Source of the DNA: an uncultured Planctomycetia bacterium
GTDB taxonomy: Bacteria; Omnitrophota; Gorgyraeia; 2-02-FULL-51-18
Direction of reading: 5' to 3'
NCBI GenBank assembly: GCA_964642015.1
Contig: CAZXLF010000002.1
Location: forward strand, 2,717-66,716
Length of the DNA stretch: 64,000 nt
Position numbers and translations under genes: made by a program. The notes beneath the pieces were generated by a model. The model was given only the letters and a program-made list of their open reading frames with translations, ran no database searches and had not been told where the DNA came from. Of this stretch, positions 9,486-18,502 are shown piece by piece (position 1 is the stretch's first letter; the number at the start of each line of letters is the position of its first letter).

Positions 9486-10196
9486 CTAGACGGTTTTTTT
9501 ATTTTTGGGATGATTTTTTTTTCTGTCCAAGGAGGCCTTCAGCGCTTTCGCGAACTCGGCTGAAAGATATTGGCGCTGTCTGAGCGTGTTATTTTCATCG
9601 TGGAGGCGCCTGAATAACACAAGCTCTTTGACAGAGGTCATTTTTAGTCCAAGATCTTTGGCTTGCAGATGCCAGTTCAAAAATTCAGTGACCTTCCATT
9701 CCGGTTCAAAGAAACCGACTTTTAAAAAAGAAGCTTTTTTGATGAGTAAAGCGCCCGGGCAAATACCGCTCATGGGTTCTGTCGGGCGCTTGAGAGCTTT
9801 TTCCTTTTCAACGGTGAGTTCGGGAGAAAGAAAATTCCGGATCTGCCCAAATACCATATCCAAAGATTTATCATTGCTGAAAGGCGCCATCATTAATTCA
9901 AGACGATTCTCGGGCCAAACGTCATCGGCATCGAGAAAGGCGATATATTCTCCTTGGGCTAAAGTCACGCCGCGATTTTTCGGCGAAGCAAGCCCTTGAT
10001 GTTCTTGATAAAAATAGCGGATCTTCGCGCCGTAGCTTTGCGCTATTTTTTCGGTATCATCCGTCGAGCCGTCATTGATAACGATGATTTCGGTTGAAGG
10101 ATAAGTTTGGACAATCGCGCTGTCTATAGCTTCTCGCAGATATCGACCGTAGTTGTAAGCTGCAATGATGACGCTGATCAGAGGGGATCGTTTCAA
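9486..10196 (-). CDS. Family 2 glycosyltransferase
   Basis: 'LISVIIAAYNYGRYLREAIDSAIVQTYPSTEIIVINDGSTDDT' and 'LDADDVW'. Confidence 0.75.
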   Translation of the reverse strand: MKRSPLISVIIAAYNYGRYLREAIDSAIVQTYPSTEIIVINDGSTDDTEKIAQSYGAKIRYFYQEHQGLASPKNRGVTLAQGEYIAFLDADDVWPENRLELMMAPFSNDKSLDMVFGQIRNFLSPELTVEKEKALKRPTEPMSGICPGALLIKKASFLKVGFFEPEWKVTEFLNWHLQAKDLGLKMTSVKELVLFRRLHDENNTLRQRQYLSAEFAKALKASLDRKKNHPKNKKTV

Positions 10197-10260
10197 TAGA
10201 TTCTCCGCGTTTCGAAAAAGCCCAACGATTTATTCAGATCTTATCCTAACATGATGAGAA

Positions 10261-11358
10261 TTAATTAGGCGTTTTCTTTTTTAGAAGTTTATTCACCGCT
10301 GCCATGGGTAATTTCCACCATTTTTTTACATGCCATCGGTACATCAGATAAACGCGGAATCCCGATATTTTGGTAAACCAATTTTCAGATCGCATGCCGC
10401 GGTAAAATTGAGACCAAATATCCAGAGCTTTTCTAAATCTAGATCGACCGTTGCCGATAAAAGGAGAAGTATTTAATACCAAGCAGACACGCTCATCGAT
10501 GGATATTTCCAGCGCATCGAGTTCTTTCAAGACCGTTTTAGGAGCAGAGGTTCCGAGCGTTTCCATTAAATAATGAAGGCCGATGCGTAAAGCCAGACAA
10601 CGGTTTTGCCGTTTTGATCTTTCGATCACTGTGTTCCAATCAACCGGAAAGGCAGTGCTATTGACCAGCACGAACATATCCGAGACCCAACGAAGATTCC
10701 ACGCTTTCGGCTCCTGCATGAAGTGTAAAAGATCTGTTGGGCTGAGCGCCGGTACACTGATATCGTCCAAAGAAACGGCGATGGCATTTTCCCAATTTTT
10801 TTCATTGGCGAACCAATGCACGTCAATTCTTGCACCTTCTTTGTTTTCGAACTCTTTGGCGAATGAATAATCACTCACGCGGTTCCATCCGGACTCTTCC
10901 AATATCCTCAAAGCATCGTTCAGATTTTCGGGTTTGACGATAATATCCACGTCTTTCATATAACGGACACCCATGTCGCAATAGTGAGTCGTCGCTATAG
11001 ATGCTCCTTTGAAGATCATGACTTTTATGCCGCATTCGTTCATTTTTTTGATCGCCGATGCAGCCGAATGCAAAAGGATCTGATTTTTCGTCCATGTATG
11101 GCGGTAAACACCACGGTATTTGGCTGGAAGCAGTTCGCTGCGCCCATGTTTTTCCAGATTTCGAAAGAACAAAGGCAGAAGGGTATATGCTGCTTGTTCG
11201 AATTCTGCTTCTATCTCTTGCGGAGACAGTGGGCGAGAGAATTGTTCCCAACTTTTGAGAGCTTCATCGCCCTGCAGAAGGGACGCGCGTAAAAGCTGTT
11301 CATGTTCCGCCGTGAAGAGTTTTTTTAAAGGATAAATTTCGGTTTTTGTTTTTTTCAT
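10261..11358 (-). CDS. Nucleotidyltransferase family protein, PF14907-like
   Basis: 'CGIKVMIFKGASIATTHYCDMGVRYMKDVDIIVKPENLNDALRIL' is paralogous to 4421..5572 and 59317..60285. Confidence 0.55.
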   Translation of the reverse strand: MKKTKTEIYPLKKLFTAEHEQLLRASLLQGDEALKSWEQFSRPLSPQEIEAEFEQAAYTLLPLFFRNLEKHGRSELLPAKYRGVYRHTWTKNQILLHSAASAIKKMNECGIKVMIFKGASIATTHYCDMGVRYMKDVDIIVKPENLNDALRILEESGWNRVSDYSFAKEFENKEGARIDVHWFANEKNWENAIAVSLDDISVPALSPTDLLHFMQEPKAWNLRWVSDMFVLVNSTAFPVDWNTVIERSKRQNRCLALRIGLHYLMETLGTSAPKTVLKELDALEISIDERVCLVLNTSPFIGNGRSRFRKALDIWSQFYRGMRSENWFTKISGFRVYLMYRWHVKKWWKLPMAAVNKLLKKKTPN

Positions 11359-11555
11359 GACATCTTTTCAATATGCTAACAAACGCGCCGCAAGAACGCA
11401 AAACCTTCGCTTTTTTCATTAATGCCGAAAAACTTTATCAGACTGACGAATTTGGTATTAAATATAAGACCGGATATGGTCTGTAAATTTATTTAGATCC
11501 GCCGAGCCCTAAAAGGGTCTTCCCAGCCTCTAGGATCTCATGGTAACATAAAAAA

Positions 11556-13016
11556 ATGCAGGATATTTCGGCCCCATCAAATAATGCTTCGGGCGATCTT
11601 ATAAGCGTGATCATTCCTGCTTGGAACAGAGCTGCGTTCCTGGCGGATGCGATCGAGAGCGTGAATCAACAAAGACACGAAGCGCTCGAGATCATTGTCA
11701 TAGACGATGGGTCAACCGACGATACCCGAAAGATAGCGGAACAATTGAAGGGGAATATCCGCTATATTTTGCAACCTCACCGCGGTGTTGCGGCTGCGCG
11801 CAACGCCGGCATAAAAGCCGCGCGCGGAAACATCATCGCGTTTCTCGACACAGATGACCTCTGGCCTCCCTACAAATTGAACATCCAGCTCGATGCGTTG
11901 AAAAATGGCGCGTTTGAAATGGTTCTGGGCGCGTCTCGCATAGTAAAGCTTTGTGAAAATAGGCAAGAGCCGTTTGTGAGAAATAATTTATCGCCTACAT
12001 TTTCATATCATTTATCGAGCGGACTTTATCAACGAAGTGTTTTTGACAAGATCGGCTTGTTTGACGAGCGTTTGACGCCGAGCGATGATGTTGATTGGTT
12101 TCTTCGGGCACAAGAAGCGGAAGTCCGCGCTTTGATTTTAAGTCAGGAAACGGTGATATGGAGACAGCATGACAACAACATCAGCGTGGGCAAATCGATC
12201 AAAGAGCTGAACCTTTTTAAAGTTTTGAAGGGATCTGTCGACCGGCGCTCGAACGTCAAAAAGAATTTCACTGCGTTTCGTACGTTTGAATATCAAAAGC
12301 CGGATCTTATGGAGGAGCCGCTTATAAGTGTTGTCGTGCCCGTTTGCAATGGCGCGCGCTTTCTGGCAATGGCGCTCAGAAGTATTTTTGATCAATTCTA
12401 CCGTAATTTCGAAGTGATCGTTGTTGATGACGGGTCCGATGATAACAGCGCGGAGATCATAGGCTCGTTCCCAAAAATTACCGCGATCCGCCAAAAAAGA
12501 AAAGGTGTCGCAACCGCTCGCAACACCGGCATCGATGCCGCTCGGGGTGAATTCATCGCTTTTTTAGACCAAGACGATCTTTGGATGCCCAGTAAACTGT
12601 GTTTGCAGATAGCCTGCCATTTAAAGAACTCTAACATCGGTTATTCGCTGACAGGTGAAAAAATTTTTATCGAACCCGGTTCGCCGAGCCCGGCGTGGCT
12701 TAGGAGAGAGATGTTCGATGATCATATTGGTCATGTTCTAGGGGCGATCATGATTAAAAAAAATATTTTTGAACGCGTCGGACTTTTTGATCCAGCGTAC
12801 GAGATCGTTAGTGACGCAGATTGGCTTTTCCGCGCAAAGGATGCCGGAATAACCGCTTATCAATTGACAGACACATTACTTTTGAGAAGGATCCACCAGA
12901 ATAATGTTACTCACCGGCAGTCAGAAATGCGCGCTGAGCTTATGAGATCGCTCAAGGCGTCTGTGGACAGGCAAAATGCGGCTAAAGGTCGTCCATTGAA
13001 ACCTTACGCGGGTTGA
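11556..13016 (+). CDS. Two-domain (tandem) family 2 glycosyltransferase
   Basis: Two GT2 signatures: 'LISVIIPAWNRAAFLADAIESV...IIVIDDGSTDDT' near the N-terminus and 'LISVVVPVCNGARFLAMALRSI...VIVVDDGSDDNS' near aa 260. Each is followed by a DxDD block. Confidence 0.7.
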   Translation: MQDISAPSNNASGDLISVIIPAWNRAAFLADAIESVNQQRHEALEIIVIDDGSTDDTRKIAEQLKGNIRYILQPHRGVAAARNAGIKAARGNIIAFLDTDDLWPPYKLNIQLDALKNGAFEMVLGASRIVKLCENRQEPFVRNNLSPTFSYHLSSGLYQRSVFDKIGLFDERLTPSDDVDWFLRAQEAEVRALILSQETVIWRQHDNNISVGKSIKELNLFKVLKGSVDRRSNVKKNFTAFRTFEYQKPDLMEEPLISVVVPVCNGARFLAMALRSIFDQFYRNFEVIVVDDGSDDNSAEIIGSFPKITAIRQKRKGVATARNTGIDAARGEFIAFLDQDDLWMPSKLCLQIACHLKNSNIGYSLTGEKIFIEPGSPSPAWLRREMFDDHIGHVLGAIMIKKNIFERVGLFDPAYEIVSDADWLFRAKDAGITAYQLTDTLLLRRIHQNNVTHRQSEMRAELMRSLKASVDRQNAAKGRPLKPYAG

Positions 13017-13031
13017 ACGAAAGATCCCTTT

Positions 13032-14171
13032 TTAAGATTTGTCGGCAAAAAGCAAAGGAAGCGAAACGCTTCTCACGGAAGGATCGGCAAATCGAAATAT
13101 CGCTCTATCGATAACGAAATGCATATAAACCGAAGCTGAATTAAAGGCGATGAAAAAGCTTGCTATCCATGGAATAGAGAACGCAGGTTGTAGTAAGGAA
13201 AATAAGATAGGCAAGTTTTTGAACCTATTGGGATTGAACGCAGAATAGATCAGGGGTGTCAGAAAAATGGACACCGCGCACAAGACGAGAACTGTGAGCC
13301 AGAAACGCCGGCTTATGCCACCGATCCATTTGTACCATAGCGAAACCGATTGAGTGTTGCTCCTGTCATTTTGGGCCATGTGGGCGGCGAGGGCTACCGA
13401 AACGATCCAATGTTGGGCTATCCAAAGTATGAAAAAAGATAATGGCTGCAGGAAATAAGCAAGCACGCCCTGAGCCGAAAGGCCTGTCACATAAAGTATT
13501 TTCGGCAGTGAGATCTTTTTAGATCTAAATTCAAAGATGTAAAAAATAACGGTCAGACAAATGATCGAAACCGGCGCGATAATTTTTAGGAAATGAAATA
13601 GAGCGGTAAACGATGTTTGGGGCCACCATCGGTATAAAATGGAATCTTTTACAACTTTTGCGCCGTGCCCCACTTGAGCCAAAGCGACAAGTACGGATCC
13701 TACGGCCAGGCAGAATAATTTTTCGTACTTTTTGAAACCACCGCTCAAATCCTGGCGTGATCGCATGCGATAAATGCTGATAACTCCATAATGCTGAATT
13801 CCTACATGAAAAGTATTATAGAGAAAAAAGATAGTGGCTAATATCTGAGCCTTGACCATTAAACCCAAAGGGATCACGGATAGCGGCATGAATACAAAAG
13901 CGAAGACCGCAAGAAAAATAGCGATCGGCAACAGAACAAAACGCGGATATTGCCGGAGCAAAAGTGGCCGATAAGCCGGATTGCAGAAAGCGTTAAACGA
14001 AGTCGCGAAGCGGTGAGCGATTCCCAGAATTAAAGTAAGGATGATAAAAATTAATCTAAGAATTCTCGGCGCGGAATTATAAACGGCCAATATAACCAAT
14101 AGCCATATTCCTGATAGCATCCAAAATCCATCCCAATAAGCCGACCTTAGCCAGGGATTGGGGTTTTTCAT
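13032..14171 (-). CDS. Polytopic integral membrane protein, possibly a Wzy/O-antigen-polymerase-like or ligase-like protein
   Basis: 379 aa with ≥9 hydrophobic helices and no soluble domain. It sits in a glycosyltransferase neighbourhood. Confidence 0.3.
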   Translation of the reverse strand: MKNPNPWLRSAYWDGFWMLSGIWLLVILAVYNSAPRILRLIFIILTLILGIAHRFATSFNAFCNPAYRPLLLRQYPRFVLLPIAIFLAVFAFVFMPLSVIPLGLMVKAQILATIFFLYNTFHVGIQHYGVISIYRMRSRQDLSGGFKKYEKLFCLAVGSVLVALAQVGHGAKVVKDSILYRWWPQTSFTALFHFLKIIAPVSIICLTVIFYIFEFRSKKISLPKILYVTGLSAQGVLAYFLQPLSFFILWIAQHWIVSVALAAHMAQNDRSNTQSVSLWYKWIGGISRRFWLTVLVLCAVSIFLTPLIYSAFNPNRFKNLPILFSLLQPAFSIPWIASFFIAFNSASVYMHFVIDRAIFRFADPSVRSVSLPLLFADKS

Positions 14172-14434
14172 TGGGTGTCGGCACGGGATTTAGAATATAT
14201 TTATTATTATGGACTTTAATTTGATTGTCAAGCGAACTGAATCCGAATTTGAAACGTGCTGCTGCAATTTTGTCCTCAATTCTGCAGAGATATTTTCGGG
14301 TTTATTCAAAATCTTCGTAATTGCGTCAGTTGAAGCGATATATGCTGGTGTAATTTCATTTTTTTTATTATGATAATCATGTCTATACAATAGGAAACGC
14401 TAAAATCACTAAGAAAATCCCTCTCTTAAACTTC

Positions 14435-15160
14435 TTGCTCGATATTTTTGGATCTCCAAAATCCGTAAAACCAAAAATTTTGGTAATAGGCGGTTCTGGT
14501 CATGTTGGCCGATTGATCCTGCCGTTGATGTCAAATGAATTTGATATTACTGTCTATGATCTCGTTAAACCGCCTAAAGGTTCATGGAAATTTGTCCACG
14601 GCGATGTCCTCAATTTTTTGTCGCTTTGCAAAGCTTGTCAAAATCAAGCGGCGATAGTTTATCTGGCCATGGGAAAGCCGGATGATGATATTCATGCTGC
14701 TTATGATGTGAACGTAAAAGGTCTGCATCTTGCGCTTGAAGCGGCTTGGAAGGCTAAAGTTCCGCGAGCTGTTTATGCTAGCACGTTGTCGATTTATGAA
14801 GACCTTCCCCGGTTCGATGAAGGCGGTGCCGATGATGAAGCGATGGCACCAAGGCCAAGCAGGGTATATGGTTTAAGTAAATTTTTCGGTGAAGAAGTCT
14901 GCCGATTTGTTTCCCGAAAACGCGGAATGACAATATTCGCATTGAGGCTTTTTTTACCTGTTTCTCAGGAAGAACGGCGTGAAAAAAGTATCGCAAGACC
15001 CGTTGATTGCCGAACCAGCGCTCCCGATGTTGCGCGTGCGTTTATCGCAGCGCTTAATACCAGGTATCAAGGCTTCGAAGTTTTTCATATCACCGGCGAT
15101 AGAACGGGCAAAGCATTCTCGCATAGCAAAGCCAAAAAGATCCTGAATTGGTCTCTCTAG
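14435..15160 (+). CDS. NAD(P)-dependent epimerase/dehydratase-family oxidoreductase
   Basis: N-terminal Rossmann motif 'ILVIGGSGHVGRLILPLM', 241 aa. Confidence 0.45.
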   Translation: MLDIFGSPKSVKPKILVIGGSGHVGRLILPLMSNEFDITVYDLVKPPKGSWKFVHGDVLNFLSLCKACQNQAAIVYLAMGKPDDDIHAAYDVNVKGLHLALEAAWKAKVPRAVYASTLSIYEDLPRFDEGGADDEAMAPRPSRVYGLSKFFGEEVCRFVSRKRGMTIFALRLFLPVSQEERREKSIARPVDCRTSAPDVARAFIAALNTRYQGFEVFHITGDRTGKAFSHSKAKKILNWSL

Positions 15161-15261
15161 CTTTTCCATATAAATTGATATGATTCTGCTGTCAACGGAT
15201 CTAAAGAAGTAAGTTTCGAATTTAGTTTGAGTTTTTGTTTAATTGACGCTCTTGGTCGGGC

Positions 15262-15345
15262 AGGATAGAATACGTTTTTTCTATGGTGGGCGCCTGCCTG
15301 CCGGCAGGCAGGTAGCTCAGCTGGGTTAGAGCGTCTGACTGTGGC
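15262..15345 (+). repeat. Composite repeat: a conserved leader, a 22-bp perfect palindrome, and a truncated 5' copy of tRNA-His that ends in the anticodon loop
   Basis: 'caggatagaatacgtttttctatggtgggcgcctgcctgccggcaggcaggtagctcagctgggttagagcgtctgactgtggctc'. Compare the intact tRNA-His at 22998 and the second copy at 20628. Confidence 0.7.
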
Positions 15346-15736
15346 TCTTATCAAGGGCTTTAACACCGTTTCGTTTGGTTTCATTTCTTTTTACAATCCC
15401 TCTACTTAGCGATTTACATGATTTACATGGTGTATGTGACTTAGCTTTGTTTTGGTTGGTGTTTGTCACAATTTTTTCGCATTAAAAATAACCGCGATCA
15501 GAACAACGCGATTCGTTTGAAATAGTTAAACCTCCAGAATATGTAGTCCACGACTATTTAAATTTGACCTCGCAATCAATTGCTTGAAGTCCCAGTTGAA
15601 ACTGTTTTTACTAACTATTTATTATTAAAAGCGATAAGATACTACCCAAATTATGCCGAAAATTTTTAAACGAATATTAAACACCTGCTATATATTATAA
15701 AAAAAAGTACTATAATAATAGGAGAAGGATATCTTT

Positions 15737-16876
15737 GTGAAAGCCATCGCCGTTTTTCCGTCTAAAAAAGAGATCAAGCTTATAGATTATGCTCTTCCCG
15801 AGATAACCAAGCCGACCGACGTCAAAGTCCGTGTTCTCGAAGTCGGTATTTGCGGAACCGATAAAGATATCTGTACATTTCAGTACGGTACTTCGCCGGT
15901 AGGCTCCGAATATTTGGTGATCGGCCATGAGTGTTTGGCCCAGGTGGTCAAGGTCGGTTCGAAAGTATCAGGTCTATCCGTCGGCGATCTGGTGGTGCCG
16001 ATGGTCCGGCGGCCGTGCCATCACCGGAGCTGTTTTGCCTGCCGGGCCGACCGCCAGGATTTTTGCTTCACGGGTGATTTCACCGAGAGAGGCATCAAAG
16101 AGGCGCACGGCTTTATGACGGAGTTTGTCGTCGACGATGAAAAATATTTTAATCGCGTGCCGAAGGAATTACGCGATGTCGCTATTCTTACGGAACCTCT
16201 GACGATCGCTGAGAAAGCGCTGATACAGATCTGGCAGGTGCAGCAGAGACTTCCCTGGGGACCGGGACCGAAAGGGCAAAAGCCGGGTTACTGTCACAAA
16301 GCGGTTGTTTTAGGAGCGGGGCCTGTGGGGCTTTTAGGAGCGATGGCGCTCTTGAATGCGCGTTTTGAAACCACTGTTTATTCGCGCGAATCGATCTCAA
16401 GTCCCGAAGCTTCTTTTATCCAGTCTGTAGGAGGATCTTATGTTTCCTCCGAGGCCGAAACGTTGGATGATTTTGCAAAGCGCATAGGCAATATGGATCT
16501 TGTGTATGAAGCCACGGGAGCCGCGCAGATCTCTTTTGACATGATGAAAGTGTTGGGCACGAATGGTGTCATGGTTTTCACGGGAATCCCCGGAATAAAA
16601 GGCCCGATAGAGGTCGAAGCGGATCAGATCATGAGGAATATGGTGCTGAAGAATCAGGTTTTTTTTGGGACAGTCAATGCGGGCCGCCAAGCGTTTAAGT
16701 CAGCTATTAAGGATCTGGCAATTTTTGAAAAGCGCTGGCCGAAAGCCGTTCGTTCGCTGATCACCGGCCGTTACGAGATGGAGAACTACCGTGATCTTCT
16801 TTTAGGGCCCAAGAAAGGGATAAAAAATATTTTAGTGCTGGATAAAAATCCTACGATAAAAAAGGCGAAAAAATAA
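15737..16876 (+). CDS. Zinc-dependent alcohol/sugar dehydrogenase of the MDR family (GTG start)
   Basis: 'GHECLAQVVKVG', 'VLGAGPVGLLGAMAL', and Cys ligands 'CHHRSCFAC'. Confidence 0.65.
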   Translation: MKAIAVFPSKKEIKLIDYALPEITKPTDVKVRVLEVGICGTDKDICTFQYGTSPVGSEYLVIGHECLAQVVKVGSKVSGLSVGDLVVPMVRRPCHHRSCFACRADRQDFCFTGDFTERGIKEAHGFMTEFVVDDEKYFNRVPKELRDVAILTEPLTIAEKALIQIWQVQQRLPWGPGPKGQKPGYCHKAVVLGAGPVGLLGAMALLNARFETTVYSRESISSPEASFIQSVGGSYVSSEAETLDDFAKRIGNMDLVYEATGAAQISFDMMKVLGTNGVMVFTGIPGIKGPIEVEADQIMRNMVLKNQVFFGTVNAGRQAFKSAIKDLAIFEKRWPKAVRSLITGRYEMENYRDLLLGPKKGIKNILVLDKNPTIKKAKK

Positions 16877-16881
16877 TTTTA

Positions 16882-17517
16882 ATGGTCTCTCATTTGATTG
16901 ATATTTCCGTAACGTTAAAATCCGGAATGGTCCATTGGCCCGGCGACCCGCCGGTTAAGATCACCGGCACGCACTCTATTTCAAAAGGAGATGCTGCGAA
17001 TGTATCGAAGATCGATATGGGCTCTCACACCGGGACTCATATGGACGCGCCGTATCATTTTATTCCGGCCGGAAAAAAAATAGATCAGATGCCGCTTGAC
17101 GCGGTTGTCGGCGAGGCGAGAGTCATAGAAATTCGTGATAAAAAGTCCGTCAAGCCGGAAGAGTTGAGGCGTCATAATATTCGACGCGGTGAAAGAATTT
17201 TAATTAAGACCGTCAATTCATCCCGATGCTGGAAAAAAAATTCGTTCGCGGAAGATTTTGTATATATTTCTCTTGAAGCAGCAAAGTTTTTGGCCGAACG
17301 CCGCATCCGAGCGGTCGGCGTCGATTATCTTTCTGTCGGAGGCTATAAAGAGGATGGTTCTGCCACACACCGCGCGCTTTTAAAAAGCGGGATCTGGATC
17401 ATCGAAGGTTTAAATCTATCGGGTGTAAAAGCCGGAAAGTATGAGCTTATTTGTCTTCCGCTGAAATTTTGGCATGGAGACGGAGCGCCGGCCCGCGCGA
17501 TTTTGAGGAAAAAGTAA
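16882..17517 (+). CDS. Cyclase-family protein, arylformamidase-like
   Basis: The HxGTHxDAPxH motif appears as 'GSHTGTHMDAPYHF'. Confidence 0.65.
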   Translation: MVSHLIDISVTLKSGMVHWPGDPPVKITGTHSISKGDAANVSKIDMGSHTGTHMDAPYHFIPAGKKIDQMPLDAVVGEARVIEIRDKKSVKPEELRRHNIRRGERILIKTVNSSRCWKKNSFAEDFVYISLEAAKFLAERRIRAVGVDYLSVGGYKEDGSATHRALLKSGIWIIEGLNLSGVKAGKYELICLPLKFWHGDGAPARAILRKK

Positions 17518-17530
17518 AAGGAGAAAAGTT

Positions 17531-18502
17531 ATGGCCAGTAAAATGGAATGGGGACTTGTGGGCATGGGAAAAATGGGAGCGAATCTGGCTCTCCAAGCGC
17601 TTGAAAAAGGCATGAACGTCGTAGGTTTTGATTTGAAAAAAGCGCCGGATGAATATTTGAAAGCGGGCCTTGTTCAGATCCCGCGCATTGAAGATTTTAA
17701 ACAGAAGCTTTCGAAACCGCGCGCTATCTTTGTTTATATTCCCGCAGGACCTGCGGTTGACAAAGTTCTCGATGATCTGGCTTCAAAGCTGGAGGTGGGA
17801 GATATTTTGGTGGACGGAGGAAATTCTTACTGGGGAGATTCGATACGGCGTCACCGGAGATTCAAATCAAAAGGAATTCATTTTGTTGATCTCGGGACCA
17901 GCGGAGGAGTTGACGGTGCGCGTCACGGAGCCTGCTTCATGGCCGGAGGCGAAAAAGAAGCGATAGCCAGGATCGAGCCAATATTAAAAGAGTTGGCGAT
18001 CAAAGACGGCTATGTTCACGCGGGCCCTCCGGGCGCGGGACATTTCACGAAATTGGTTCACAACGGCATTGAATTTGGAATGCTTCAAGCGATCGGCGAA
18101 GGAATAGACCTTTTGGAACATTATCGCGATAAATTGGATGTCGCCGAAGTTTTGCGTTGTTGGCGCCATGGTTCGGTGATCCGTTCGTGGCTTGTGGATC
18201 TTATGGAAGCGGCTTACCGTTCCGACGGCGGTCTTGAAAAAATCCCGCCGTATGTTGAAGATACGGGCGAGGTCAATTGGCTCGTAGACGACGCGATGCA
18301 TATGGAAGTGCCGGTGCCGGTCATCGCACAGTCGGTGATGCAGCTGTTGGCTTCAAGGGACCAAAAAAAATATTGGGCGCGCGCGATCGCAATGATGCGT
18401 CATGGTTTTGGCGGGCATCCTTTCAGCGCGGATCAGGGGATAGTCCGCGAGCGCCGCGAAGGCCGTATCGGAGGATTTTTGAAAGAGGGCCAAGATGCCT
18501 AG
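17531..18502 (+). CDS. gnd: 6-phosphogluconate dehydrogenase (decarboxylating)-like, short Gnd/YqeC type
   Basis: 'GLVGMGKMGANLALQALEKGMNVVGFD' and 'HFVDLGTSGG', ~320 aa. Confidence 0.6.
   Translation: MASKMEWGLVGMGKMGANLALQALEKGMNVVGFDLKKAPDEYLKAGLVQIPRIEDFKQKLSKPRAIFVYIPAGPAVDKVLDDLASKLEVGDILVDGGNSYWGDSIRRHRRFKSKGIHFVDLGTSGGVDGARHGACFMAGGEKEAIARIEPILKELAIKDGYVHAGPPGAGHFTKLVHNGIEFGMLQAIGEGIDLLEHYRDKLDVAEVLRCWRHGSVIRSWLVDLMEAAYRSDGGLEKIPPYVEDTGEVNWLVDDAMHMEVPVPVIAQSVMQLLASRDQKKYWARAIAMMRHGFGGHPFSADQGIVRERREGRIGGFLKEGQDA

Noticed and set aside
15157-15384. 75-aa minus-strand ORF (…ALPACRQAGAHHRK…), with a similar ORF at 20483..20809
   Set aside because: Both lie entirely on the tRNA-His fragment and palindrome repeat. 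The shared peptide segment is just the palindrome translated. They are spurious ORFs created by the repeat.
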